A stretch of DNA of 64,000 nucleotides, from contig CAVXJH010000003.1 in NCBI GenBank assembly GCA_963762115.1, positions 128,001 to 192,000 of the forward strand, given 5' to 3'. The notes under the pieces are model-generated. The model searched no databases and had not been told where the DNA came from. It saw only the letters and a list, made by a program, of their open reading frames with translations. Made by a program: the position numbers and the translations under genes. This stretch comes from Candidatus Babeliales bacterium (GTDB taxonomy: Bacteria > Babelota > Babeliae > Babelales > JANWKD01). Position 1 is the stretch's first letter. Every line of letters starts with the position of its first letter. Positions 49,843 to 60,104 of this stretch are shown here, in pieces.

Positions 49843-50604
49843 ATGCTTAAAAAATTGGTAAAATATGGCAACAGTAATGCTCTTGTGCTCGATAAGGCAT
49901 TGCTTGAATTGCTTAATATTTCAGAAGGCTCAGTAGTAAAAATTAAAACTGATGGAACTTCACTCATAATTACGCCGCAAAAAAGCGAAGTTGAGCAAAA
50001 TATTCTTACGCCTACAATAACTCCTGAAGATACCCTGCGCCAAGCCCTGAAGCAAGCGCAACAAAATATGGCACAGCATTATAACAATCCTGAAGAGTAT
50101 ATGAGTGAAGCAAGAAAGCTTTTTGCTCGTTATGATGGAACTATAAAAAAATTCAATTCGCCAGAATATAAAGAGGCGGTTTTGGAAATCGGTCGACGGT
50201 TTAAGGGGAATAGTTTGGATCCTGAATATGGTAAAGCATTAGAAAAATTGGGATATGAATATGCTCCTGAACTTGTGCAAATGGATCAAGAAATGCAAGT
50301 TCTTACTAAAAAATATGCCACGCAAGAGTTAAAAAAATCTCCACAATCTGATAGTGCGTTTTCGTCTTCTATTGTAAAGTTCAAGCATGTTCATGAAAAA
50401 TATCGTCATGTGCAAGAACAAGTTATGAAATTAAGTGAAAATTCAGATTATATTAATGAATCAGTGTTGTTGGCAGAAAAATATCAGGTGACTAAAAATT
50501 CTCCTGAATATATTCAGGAATATAAACAGCTTATTGCTAAATATATTCCTGAATATGCGCAGTATCAGGAAGAAATAACAGCTGTTGGTGACTCGTTAAA
50601 ATAA
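49843..50604 (+). CDS. AbrB/MazE-type DNA-binding domain with long duplicated helical tail
   Basis: KKLVKYGNSNALVLDKALLELLNI...LIITP. Confidence 0.8.
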   Translation: MLKKLVKYGNSNALVLDKALLELLNISEGSVVKIKTDGTSLIITPQKSEVEQNILTPTITPEDTLRQALKQAQQNMAQHYNNPEEYMSEARKLFARYDGTIKKFNSPEYKEAVLEIGRRFKGNSLDPEYGKALEKLGYEYAPELVQMDQEMQVLTKKYATQELKKSPQSDSAFSSSIVKFKHVHEKYRHVQEQVMKLSENSDYINESVLLAEKYQVTKNSPEYIQEYKQLIAKYIPEYAQYQEEITAVGDSLK

Positions 50605-50622
50605 CATATAATTAGGTCTTTA

Positions 50623-50656
50623 ATAATGCTGCCGGCACTGCCGGCAGTTTTGCATT
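50623..50656 (+). repeat. palindromic direct repeat, copy 1
   Basis: ATAATG-CTGCCGGCA-C-TGCCGGCAG-TTTTGCATT. Confidence 0.85.
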
Positions 50657-50774
50657 AGAGGGTAGGCGGCATATACAGTGTGTGGATCTAATTATTTGTT
50701 GGTAGCGTTTTTGTTTTTTTGTATAATTAGGCATTAGGTTGTCTGAATTTACTAGTATTAAAAGGGTGAATGGT

Positions 50775-51335
50775 ATGTACAAATTATTGTTAGTTCTTAT
50801 GTTGTTACAAGGTGTCGTGGCATATGCCATGGAAAAAGATTTAGGTTTAATTGGTTTAGATGCTAGCAAGTCAAATTTTTCTGATCAGCACAATAAAAAA
50901 TTTAGAAAAAGATTAGAAGAAATTCAAAGTAATTCTGTAGTACTTCTGTCGCATAATGAATTTGGTGATGGTGAATTAACACGATTTACAAAAAGTGAAT
51001 ATGCTCAAATTAAATGGATGTTTGATAGAAGGCGATCTGTACTTAGATTACATGAACAGGATGAAAATGGGTTGTTAATATATTATAAGCACTTTGCACA
51101 AATTGTTTTGAATGATGTTTGCCTTGAAGCAAAGGCATGGTCGCTTTATAGAAAAGAAGAAAAAATATACAAAAAAAATTATAATGAATATTTAAGAGAG
51201 ATTGGCAAATTAGCTATATTAGTTGCTGATGTTGAGTCTCGTGCGCCAGAAGTAAATAGGACCAATACTATGGATGAAAATTGTAAGTCATTCGTTGTTG
51301 GGCTTGAAAGTCTTTTTGGTGAAGTTTTTCATTGA
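50775..51335 (+). CDS. secreted hypothetical protein
   Basis: Signal peptide AYA-ME. Confidence 0.7.
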   Translation: MYKLLLVLMLLQGVVAYAMEKDLGLIGLDASKSNFSDQHNKKFRKRLEEIQSNSVVLLSHNEFGDGELTRFTKSEYAQIKWMFDRRRSVLRLHEQDENGLLIYYKHFAQIVLNDVCLEAKAWSLYRKEEKIYKKNYNEYLREIGKLAILVADVESRAPEVNRTNTMDENCKSFVVGLESLFGEVFH

Positions 51336-51382
51336 AACTTTGAGGTTCAATTATTGAAATTACTCAGTATTTTATCGTTTAG

Positions 51383-51416
51383 ATAATTCTGCCGACACTG
51401 TCGGCAGTTTTGCATT
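51383..51416 (+). repeat. palindromic direct repeat, copy 2
   Basis: ATAATT-CTGCCGACA-C-TGTCGGCAG-TTTTGCATT; compensatory G-C to A-T change versus copy 1. Confidence 0.85.
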
Positions 51417-51499
51417 TTTACCTATTTTTTACAACATGAGTTTCATCGACTATACTTTTACTTATTCACTTTTTTCACTTACTCGTATAGAAAAATTAC

Positions 51500-52705
51500 A
51501 TGATAAAAAAACATATAATCATTGGCACTTCAGCGGCCGGTATAGGTGCGGCGCAAGAATTGCGTCAGCTTGATCAGGAATCAGAAATAATCTGTATTTC
51601 AGATGAATCAGAAATGCCCTATAATAAATGCTTTATTGCCGATTATTTGGCTGGTCGCAAAACATTGCAAGAAGTGTATACCAAAAAAACTGACTTTTTT
51701 GAAAAAAATAACATTCAATTATTATTGAACACCGCAGTGATAAAAATTGAACCAGAGAAAAAAAATATTATTCTTAGTGATGGCACATCATTGCCGTATG
51801 ATACGTTATTTCTTGGCATCGGCAGAAAATCACCACAATTATTTAAAGAACAGCATGAACTTTCTGGCATTTTTACCTTTCATGCATTACGTTCTTTGCT
51901 TCTTTTGGAAAAGTATATTGCGCAGCATAAAGTAGATTCTGTAATTATTGTTGGCGCAGGATTGAGTGGGCTTGAATGTGCAGATGCCTTGCAAAAATAT
52001 CAGTTGAGCATGCACATAGTTGATATGAATGATCAGGTTTTGGCAGCGCAAGCAGATGCTGAAGGCGCGAAGTTACTTCAAGAGACTATAAAAAAAGCAT
52101 CGGTGTCTTTGCATTTGCAAAAAACAGTAAGGCGTATTGTCCAAGAAAAAGGTGTTGTGACAGGTGTTGAACTGAGTGATGGCACCATTCTTACTGCGCA
52201 GATGATTATTGTTGCCGCAGGAGCGCGCATTAACACACAATTGGCCCAGGATGCAGGCATTTGTGTTGATGAAACAACAAAAGCAATTATGACCAATGAA
52301 TATTTGCAAACGAATGTTGAGCATATTTACGCTGGCGGTGATGCTATTTTGGTGTACGATCAGTTACAAAAAAAACAGGTGCCAAGTTGTCTGTGGCCAG
52401 ATGCAATGTTGCAGGGTGCAACCGCTGCGCACACTATGGCTGGGCATAAAAAGGCCTATGCAGGGGCTATTTTGTTGGCTGGATCATCTTTTTTTGACTT
52501 ACAATTTGCCAGTTGCGGTTCAATTGTGAAGCCACCTTCAGAATATGAGATTATCGTTAAGCAGGGTGAGCATTTCTATCATAAGTACTTGTTGCATGAA
52601 AATAGGCTTCAAGGGTTCTTGCTTATAGGTAAATCTTTCAATCTGTCATCTTTAAAAAGGGCTGTTTTGACGCAAGAGCAGATAAATGCTGATATGCTAC
52701 CCTAA
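51500..52705 (+). CDS. NAD(P)/FAD-dependent oxidoreductase (NirB-N/rubredoxin reductase-like)
   Basis: IIGTSAAG, IVGAGLSGLE, TNVEHIYAGGD. Confidence 0.9.
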   Translation: MIKKHIIIGTSAAGIGAAQELRQLDQESEIICISDESEMPYNKCFIADYLAGRKTLQEVYTKKTDFFEKNNIQLLLNTAVIKIEPEKKNIILSDGTSLPYDTLFLGIGRKSPQLFKEQHELSGIFTFHALRSLLLLEKYIAQHKVDSVIIVGAGLSGLECADALQKYQLSMHIVDMNDQVLAAQADAEGAKLLQETIKKASVSLHLQKTVRRIVQEKGVVTGVELSDGTILTAQMIIVAAGARINTQLAQDAGICVDETTKAIMTNEYLQTNVEHIYAGGDAILVYDQLQKKQVPSCLWPDAMLQGATAAHTMAGHKKAYAGAILLAGSSFFDLQFASCGSIVKPPSEYEIIVKQGEHFYHKYLLHENRLQGFLLIGKSFNLSSLKRAVLTQEQINADMLP

Positions 52706-52815
52706 AAAATTACAATATGAAAACATTGTGAGAATAAAACAAGTTAATTTATTGTAATTTTATTATTATATGCTATTCTATAAAGTATATAAATGGTTAT
52801 TTGGGAGGTTATTCT

Positions 52816-53838
52816 ATGATACGAATTCAAAAAAATATTCTTTTAGTGCTTATGCTTTTTTGCGTAAGTTCTTCTTTTTCAATGGATTTACTCAAAAATT
52901 GTTATGGCGGTGTCACAAAAGGGGTAAATTGGACCTTTGATACTTATTCTTCAGGATTAGAATCAGTTGAAGATGTATTGCATTTGCCAAAAACAACTCT
53001 TCAAGCAGGGATTCCTGTTGTTACAGCGGCATCATTAGCGTGGTATTTTACTCGTTCAAATGATGATATTAAGAAATTTATTGAACATGTTGATACGGCA
53101 AAAAAAATTACTTTAGGTTGTGGTGCTTTATATAGTGCCCGCTTTTTAAAGCGCTGGTGGGATTTTTCAAGTTTGGAAAAAGAGTTGTTGGATGCTTCAT
53201 CTCCTGAAACGGCGCATTATAAAAAATTTAGATTTGCAACCTGGGCAAAAAGCATGTGGCCTCTTGCATCGAATATTATTGGTGCAGCAAATGCAGTCCG
53301 GGCAAAACTGAAACATGATGTTACGACCTGTGATGATCAAGTTTATTTGCACGGTAATAAAATTGATGGTAAAAAACCTATTACGGCAAAAATGATAAAA
53401 GATTCAATCAATACTGAGTTAGAACAATTAAAAAAAGATCTTGGTTATGTTGGTGCGTGTACTGATGCGCCGGAAGTTTTAGTTAGTCTATTACAACAAC
53501 ATCCAAAAGCTGCTGTTTCCGATACTGTTTCTTCGTTTATTAATATTGCCGATAATATTAATATTTTGCAAAAAAGTGATTTATATTTTATTAATAGCAT
53601 AAAAAAAGCTTCAAAAGCAAATTGGTTTAAACGGTTTGTTTATTTCCCCGGCTACCAATTTTGGAATTTTCGATTTGCTCCCTATTATAAACGAGCCACA
53701 AATTTATATTGTGATTTGTTGAAAAATTATATTCGTTTGAGTGCGCTAAAATCAGTTGCTGATCAGATGGAAGCATGGGAAGAAAAACCAAAAACTCCTG
53801 GGCATACGGTGAACGTTAATTTTAAGAAGGTTAATTAA
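52816..53838 (+). CDS. secreted/membrane hypothetical protein
   Basis: RBS GGAGG; signal SFS-MD; one hydrophobic helix. Confidence 0.7.
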   Translation: MIRIQKNILLVLMLFCVSSSFSMDLLKNCYGGVTKGVNWTFDTYSSGLESVEDVLHLPKTTLQAGIPVVTAASLAWYFTRSNDDIKKFIEHVDTAKKITLGCGALYSARFLKRWWDFSSLEKELLDASSPETAHYKKFRFATWAKSMWPLASNIIGAANAVRAKLKHDVTTCDDQVYLHGNKIDGKKPITAKMIKDSINTELEQLKKDLGYVGACTDAPEVLVSLLQQHPKAAVSDTVSSFINIADNINILQKSDLYFINSIKKASKANWFKRFVYFPGYQFWNFRFAPYYKRATNLYCDLLKNYIRLSALKSVADQMEAWEEKPKTPGHTVNVNFKKVN

Positions 53839-53930
53839 CCTTAAAACTCCAAATCTTTTTAGTAAATGATAATAGTGCTATACTGTTGTCGTCAGTACAT
53901 TATTTTCAACTAAAAAAATAAGGGGCTGTT

Positions 53931-54704
53931 ATGGCAATTACCTTAAGGTCTGTTGCTCAAATGAGTGGTAAGCGGTGTAAAAAATCGCTCTTTCTTATTC
54001 CCTATTGTTTTACGTTTGCGAATGCATTTTTTGGCTTTATTTCCGTTATAGAAGCATTGCAAGGAAATTTAGTTAAAGCAGCCTGCTATATCGGCTTGGC
54101 AGCCTGTGCCGATGCGCTTGATGGCAGATTGGCCAGAGCATTTGGCTCCTCAAGTTATCTCGGTGCTGAATTAGACGGATTATGCGATGCCATTTCTTTT
54201 TGTTTTGCACCAACAATTCTCATTTATAGTCTTTTTCAAGAAAACATACCATCTGTTGGTGTTGGGATTCTTGGTCTTTATTTGTGTGCGGGTTTATTCA
54301 GACTTGCAAAATTCAATGTTACTCAGAGTAGCAGTAAAGCTTATTTTTCTGGGCTTTCCACGCCGGTGTCAGCATTTTTCTTAGCAACATTGGTTCTTTA
54401 TTATGACTGGTTTGCACAATCATGCCTTTGGTTTTTAGTTGAAGTTCACGGCATTATGTTTGTGGTGAGTATCCTTTCAATTTTAATGATATCAACCATT
54501 CCTTTTTCCTCTTTTAAGGGAACTTGTTATTCGCCTTCATTGGTATATTTGATTGCTGTTTATGGCAGCTTATTGATTATTGCTTCACTGCAATGGGGAA
54601 TTCCTATTTTATTTTTGTTGCTTGCGGCGTATATTAGTTTTTCAATTATTGCGTGGCTTATTGCTCCTGGCAAAATTGGTAAAAAAATTAAAAAAATGGG
54701 ATGA
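53931..54704 (+). CDS. pssA: CDP-diacylglycerol--serine O-phosphatidyltransferase
   Basis: DALDGRLAR..S..GAELDGLCDAISF, RLAKFN. Confidence 0.9.
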   Translation: MAITLRSVAQMSGKRCKKSLFLIPYCFTFANAFFGFISVIEALQGNLVKAACYIGLAACADALDGRLARAFGSSSYLGAELDGLCDAISFCFAPTILIYSLFQENIPSVGVGILGLYLCAGLFRLAKFNVTQSSSKAYFSGLSTPVSAFFLATLVLYYDWFAQSCLWFLVEVHGIMFVVSILSILMISTIPFSSFKGTCYSPSLVYLIAVYGSLLIIASLQWGIPILFLLLAAYISFSIIAWLIAPGKIGKKIKKMG

Positions 54705-54707
54705 AGG

Positions 54708-55937
54708 TTACTGCCATATACTGCGCAATGAAAGTATCTTGCATTGTAGGATTTTTTGTGCAACTAAGCCATCTCGATCTATTCTTTCAAGAGGTGTGTT
54801 GGCAGAACACATTTCTAATAACTCTTTGAGGGTGTTTGCATTTTTAAAAATGGCGCGAATATGCGCTTCATGTATTTTTCCCCAACCGTGATCATAAGAG
54901 CGTGCTTCTATGACAAGATTTTTTTTGGCATCACTGATGATCATAATATGGCCGGGCAACCAAATAATATCCCCGCTTTCTGGTGAATCTTTTGGTGTTA
55001 ATTCCTTTAAATGGTGTAAGATTGTTGTGCTATTTTTAAAATAATATGGCATACCGGCAGCTTGCGCAGCTCGCGCGAGTAATCCAGTACAATCAAAGCC
55101 AGTTTTTGTTACTCCTTTGCAATAATTTTCTCGATGATAAGTATTCAAAGAAGATGGTTTTTTTGTAAATGCATCGTGTAAACAAGTGTGCGTATAACTG
55201 CATCCTCCCCAAACATAAGGAATAAAGCCTTGTTTTGGGTGTGCCCATACTTTTATTAATGTTAAAAATGTTTTTATCCGTTCTTCTTGCGTTTGATTTT
55301 TGTTTTCCACGAGAGTAATTTTTTTAGGAATAAGCATTGTCGTTATTTTGGAAGCGTCGGCATTTAAGACATAGACGCTAACGTTGGTTACATTATTGTT
55401 TTTAATAACAAATCGGGTGCCAACAGAAAAGGTATGATTAGTTTGTTCATCATGATGAGGCAATAAGAGTGTTAGTGTCATGCGTGGTTGAATTTTTACT
55501 ATTTTCGTATCATCATACTGTATTGGTTGTGGTAGCATGGCTGCATGAATATTATTTTTTTTGAGAATTTCCAAGGAAACAAAATTTTTTTTGAGTGCCC
55601 AATAGGTACTATTTTTTTTTGTAGTACCAGCAGTTTCAAAAAAAAGATTGGGAACAATAATGCGTACTTCATCATTTTTTTCTTCAATAACGGTGACAAT
55701 TTCATTAAAAAGTAGTTGATGTAATCGTGAACAAGCAGGTGCTTTTTGACTGCATAAGGGTAATTGATTATAACAAGGAGAGATGTTTTTTTGTGAAGTT
55801 ATATTTTGTGCCGCGTCTCCTAATAAATCTGCAACAGGGACAATCGTTATTGCTTGGTAGGGTGTTAAGCAATAAAGAGAAGGTAGCGATGCTCCTATCA
55901 AAGCAGTTAAAAGTAGTCTGCGAGTAATGCTTTTCAT
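54708..55937 (-). CDS. NlpC/P60 cell-wall peptidase
   Basis: PYVWGG, GFDCTGL, GDIIWLPGHI. Confidence 0.88.
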   Translation of the reverse strand: MKSITRRLLLTALIGASLPSLYCLTPYQAITIVPVADLLGDAAQNITSQKNISPCYNQLPLCSQKAPACSRLHQLLFNEIVTVIEEKNDEVRIIVPNLFFETAGTTKKNSTYWALKKNFVSLEILKKNNIHAAMLPQPIQYDDTKIVKIQPRMTLTLLLPHHDEQTNHTFSVGTRFVIKNNNVTNVSVYVLNADASKITTMLIPKKITLVENKNQTQEERIKTFLTLIKVWAHPKQGFIPYVWGGCSYTHTCLHDAFTKKPSSLNTYHRENYCKGVTKTGFDCTGLLARAAQAAGMPYYFKNSTTILHHLKELTPKDSPESGDIIWLPGHIMIISDAKKNLVIEARSYDHGWGKIHEAHIRAIFKNANTLKELLEMCSANTPLERIDRDGLVAQKILQCKILSLRSIWQ

Positions 55938-56169
55938 TGCTCTATGCCTCTCTTGCAATGCATTGAAAAAATAGTGTTTATACTATTATTATTGACAATT
56001 AAAAATAAAAAACTCAAGAGATTGTCATTAATATTTGTTTGCCAATGAATAAATACGTTTTTTTTGTGTGGCGTTTATAATATTTATAAAAAAAACAAAT
56101 TTATTGATAAATAGAAATAAATTTTATTACAATGATGCTAGGTTAAGAGAAAATAGTTGAAAGAGCGTT

Positions 56170-57210
56170 ATGAATTATTTAAAAAAAATAGTTGTTATCT
56201 TTTTGATGATGAATTCTGCCAATTTTTATTGTTATGCACAAAAATCTAGCGATTGGACATGGTCACTTAAGAAAGAATTTACGGCAACAGAAATTCTTGA
56301 GAATACAAATCGTAAACAAATTATATTTTGTAAAAACGATATTTCTTTGTTTTCGCAATTAATTTTTTATTGGAATGCATTTCGCCCTGAAAAGGGCTAT
56401 TTTTCATTTCATGCTCAAGTATTGGATGAAAAAAATAAATGGCATGATTGGCATACCATGATTAACTGGGGGAAAGATATTCAAAAATCTTTTTTTAGTG
56501 AAGGCGCTTTGGGTACCAAATATTGTCATGTTCGTCTTGAAATGCCACCTAAAAAATTAGCAAAAGGAGTACGGATTAAAGTTGTTGCTCATGATGGTGC
56601 TAATTTATCATCATTAAGAGCACTTGGGATTAATGTTGCGAATTTAGCAGCATTTAGTGAAGAATTTAATCATTCAATTGGACTTTTGCCTTCGGTAATG
56701 ATTAGCGGTATTCCAAAACAATCTCAAATGGTTTTGGATCATCCCAAGGCTGATGTTATGTGCTCTCCGACATCCTGCAGTATGCTTATGGGATATTTAA
56801 AAAAACAACCATCAAATACACTAGAATTTGCACTCGGTGTTTATGATTACGGCTTAAATTCGTATGGTAGTTGGCCATTTAATATTGCTCATGCTTTTGA
56901 GCATTGTGAAGGCGAAGTTTTTTTTAAAGTTATGCGATTGCCATCTTTTCTTGAGTTGCATAGCATGTTGCAAAAATCAATTCCCGTTGTGGTGAGTGTA
57001 CGAGGAAAATTGCAGGGTGCCCCGAAGGAATATAACAATGGCCATTTGTTATTAGTTATCGGTTGGGATCAACAAAAGCAAAAAGTGCTTTGTCATGATC
57101 CTGCTTTTGATCAAAGTGAAAAGGTTTATGCAGAATATGATATAAAATCATTTTGCACAGCTTGGGGCCGTTCTCGTCATTTGGCCTATGTTGCTGAACC
57201 AAATTATTAG
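56170..57210 (+). CDS. peptidase C39-like protein
   Basis: SQM..CSPTSCSM, YGSWPFN, GHLLLVIG, HDPA. Confidence 0.85.
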   Translation: MNYLKKIVVIFLMMNSANFYCYAQKSSDWTWSLKKEFTATEILENTNRKQIIFCKNDISLFSQLIFYWNAFRPEKGYFSFHAQVLDEKNKWHDWHTMINWGKDIQKSFFSEGALGTKYCHVRLEMPPKKLAKGVRIKVVAHDGANLSSLRALGINVANLAAFSEEFNHSIGLLPSVMISGIPKQSQMVLDHPKADVMCSPTSCSMLMGYLKKQPSNTLEFALGVYDYGLNSYGSWPFNIAHAFEHCEGEVFFKVMRLPSFLELHSMLQKSIPVVVSVRGKLQGAPKEYNNGHLLLVIGWDQQKQKVLCHDPAFDQSEKVYAEYDIKSFCTAWGRSRHLAYVAEPNY

Positions 57211-57406
57211 AAAATAGTTAAACTTTTCTTAATGTAATCCCCTCTTTTTTTATCTGATACGCTGAGAATACAATTATTAAAATAATCTTACTTAACACAA
57301 ATAAATAATTTATTAATAACTCTATTGACTAACTGAATTAAAAATTGTTACAGTATCAATGAAATAATGAGCTTGATACGATAATTTTTTTTTAGGGGGA
57401 AGGGAC

Positions 57407-58537
57407 ATGAATTATTCAAAATTATTATTATTTTTTTGTATACCGACATTTTTGAGTGCTGCATCAACGATGAATGAATTAACAAAAGTCTTTCATCATC
57501 AAAGTCCGCTTGGAGATAAATTGGTATGTTATTTTACGCAAGATCCAATTTGTAACCGGCTGCCAACAAAGAATGGGCAGAAGGAATCTGAAAAAGCTGT
57601 TTTGCAATTTTTTATGCCGATGACCATTGAAGGCAGTGAGGCCCAAGCAATGATCAAGAAAATTCAAGCAGCAAATCATTCTTTTTATACCGTTGCATTT
57701 GCACAAGTAACCAAACCAATGAAGGGTATTAGTCTCATAATTACCTATGATCCCAAAAAAATTACCTGCAACTACGAATCGTTTGATGCCATAAATACTC
57801 ATAAAGGATTAATATTTTCATTTCATAATAAAGAAATTTTACAGCAGTTAAAATTGAAAACTGATGGATTGTTGCAATATGCTTGTAACAATCCATCAAC
57901 AAAACCCCGTATCATGCTTGATTATGGGCATGGGGGGTCAGATGATGGTAAAGTCGGGTGTTTCAATGTAAAAGAAAAAGATATTAATTTAGAAGTGGGA
58001 ATACGCGTTTCAAGGTTGTTATCTCATAAAGGATATGAGGTGTTTTCCACACGTAAGACAGATTGTTTTGTTGCGCTTGATGCAAGAACAAAATATGCTA
58101 ATCAAAAAAATGTTGATCTTTTTGTTTCCATTCATGCAAATGCCGCTCAAAAATCTGAAATACAGGGGATTGAAACCTATTGGATGAATTATGATTTATT
58201 TAAACCGGGTATGAGTCTCTCAGATCCTACAGAAGTGACGATGTTGAATGCATTGAAACATTCACGGAGTACTCAAAGTCAAAAGCTTGCTGCGCTTATT
58301 CACGAACACGTGGTAGCGGCGACAAAAAAAGTACATAATACTATTGATAGAAAAGTAAAACAGTCAGTAGCACAAGTTTTACTAGGCTCTGAAATGCCGT
58401 CTGCGCTTATAGAAATTGGCTTTTTGTCAAATCCAGAAGAAACAAAATTGTTAACAGATCATCATTATCAACAAATAGTTGCTCAAGGAATTGCTTCTGG
58501 TATTATTGCTTATCTAACTATGCGTAAAATTGCCTAA
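57407..58537 (+). CDS. N-acetylmuramoyl-L-alanine amidase (Amidase_3)
   Basis: LDYGHGG, EKDINL, FVSIHAN, PSALIEIGFLSN. Confidence 0.93.
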   Translation: MNYSKLLLFFCIPTFLSAASTMNELTKVFHHQSPLGDKLVCYFTQDPICNRLPTKNGQKESEKAVLQFFMPMTIEGSEAQAMIKKIQAANHSFYTVAFAQVTKPMKGISLIITYDPKKITCNYESFDAINTHKGLIFSFHNKEILQQLKLKTDGLLQYACNNPSTKPRIMLDYGHGGSDDGKVGCFNVKEKDINLEVGIRVSRLLSHKGYEVFSTRKTDCFVALDARTKYANQKNVDLFVSIHANAAQKSEIQGIETYWMNYDLFKPGMSLSDPTEVTMLNALKHSRSTQSQKLAALIHEHVVAATKKVHNTIDRKVKQSVAQVLLGSEMPSALIEIGFLSNPEETKLLTDHHYQQIVAQGIASGIIAYLTMRKIA

Positions 58538-58656
58538 AAAAAGGCTTTTTTAAAAAAATCTAGACTTCCGCAATAAAGATTGATCTGCTAAAGTAATAAT
58601 AATGTGAAAAAAGCTTTATTATAAAGCATTGTGATAAAAATAGTGTATTACCTTTA

Positions 58657-60090
58657 ATGAATTCAATAGTAAGTGATAAGATTGCTGTGATAAAAACAAT
58701 TTGGGAAGAATTTTTAAAAATAGTTGCTCAAGAAGCAGGTAGTCATGTTGTTCAAACATGGCTTAACGCGGTAACACTTACTGATTGGGATGTACATGAA
58801 AAAATCGTGTACATAAAAGCACCAAATGTATTTGTTAAAGAATGGATTAAAAGTCATTATTTGTCTTTATTTCAAGCGCATTTGAGTAGATTGTTGAATG
58901 TTGATATGGTAAAAATCATGTTTCTTGATAATGATTTTAATCAACGACCATTGATTTCAACAACAGAACACGTTGTTTCCTATCCTACGATTATCCCTGC
59001 CATTTCAGCGCAAGATTTTTTGCTTAAAAAAAATAATTTAATGCTTAAGCGTAATACAGGATCAAAATATCGGAATTCGATAAATCGTAATTATCAGTTT
59101 AATACGTTTGTTGTTGGTCCAAGCAATCAACTTGCTTATGCTGCAGCGCATGCTGTTACGGAAAAATTAGGAAAATTATATAATCCGTTATTCATTTATG
59201 GTGGGTCTGGGTTGGGTAAAACACATCTCCTGCATGCCATTGGTAATAGTATAAAAAATAGTAATAAACGTCTTGAAATCATGTATCAAACAGCCGATCA
59301 TTTTGTAAATGAATTTATTAATGCTATTCGTTTTGATAAAGTTCATCAATTTAAAGAAAAATATAAAGAAATTGATGTTTTGCTTATTGATGATGTGCAA
59401 TTTATTTCCAATAAAGAACAAACACAAGAAGCTTTTTTTCATATTTTTAATATGTTGTATGAATCACATAAACAAATAGTTTTTTCGAGTGATTCTGATC
59501 CGGCAGGTATAAATGGACTTGCTGAACGATTACGATCACGTTTTGAATGGGGCTTAGTTACTGATATTCAAATACCGACAACTGAAACAAAAATAGCAAT
59601 TCTAAAGCGCAAGGCCGAGATTTGTAATCAAAAAATAGGCGATGATGTTATTGAGTTTGTTGCATCCAGAGTTGTCTCGAACATCAGGGAATTAGAGGGT
59701 TCTTTAATTCGTATTACTGCCTTTGCGGCATTTACTGAACAAGAAATTACGTTAGAGCTTGCCAAAAAAATATTACAAAACGGAAAATCACCTAAAACAA
59801 CAAAAATTGACTTTAATGATATTATTAAATTATTACATAAACAATATTCTTATTCATTAGCCGAATTACGATCCCAAAGTCGCGATAAAGATCTTTCATT
59901 TGCGCGGCAACTAGCGATGTATCTCATGAAGAAACATACTGATAAATCATTGCATGAAGTTGGTTATTTTTTTGGGAGAAAAGATCACACAACAGTTATG
60001 CATGCTGTGCAAAAAATTGAAAAATGCTTAGAAAAAGATGTAAGCTTAGCCAACAAGATAAAAGAGATAGAGGAAAATTTGGTTGGGTGA
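58657..60090 (+). CDS. dnaA: chromosomal replication initiator DnaA
   Basis: YNPLFIYGGSGLGKTHLL, LLIDDVQF, RLRSRFEWG, RELEG, RKDHTTVMHA. Confidence 0.98.
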   Translation: MNSIVSDKIAVIKTIWEEFLKIVAQEAGSHVVQTWLNAVTLTDWDVHEKIVYIKAPNVFVKEWIKSHYLSLFQAHLSRLLNVDMVKIMFLDNDFNQRPLISTTEHVVSYPTIIPAISAQDFLLKKNNLMLKRNTGSKYRNSINRNYQFNTFVVGPSNQLAYAAAHAVTEKLGKLYNPLFIYGGSGLGKTHLLHAIGNSIKNSNKRLEIMYQTADHFVNEFINAIRFDKVHQFKEKYKEIDVLLIDDVQFISNKEQTQEAFFHIFNMLYESHKQIVFSSDSDPAGINGLAERLRSRFEWGLVTDIQIPTTETKIAILKRKAEICNQKIGDDVIEFVASRVVSNIRELEGSLIRITAFAAFTEQEITLELAKKILQNGKSPKTTKIDFNDIIKLLHKQYSYSLAELRSQSRDKDLSFARQLAMYLMKKHTDKSLHEVGYFFGRKDHTTVMHAVQKIEKCLEKDVSLANKIKEIEENLVG

Positions 60091-60104
60091 AAGAAAGGGA
60101 CGTT

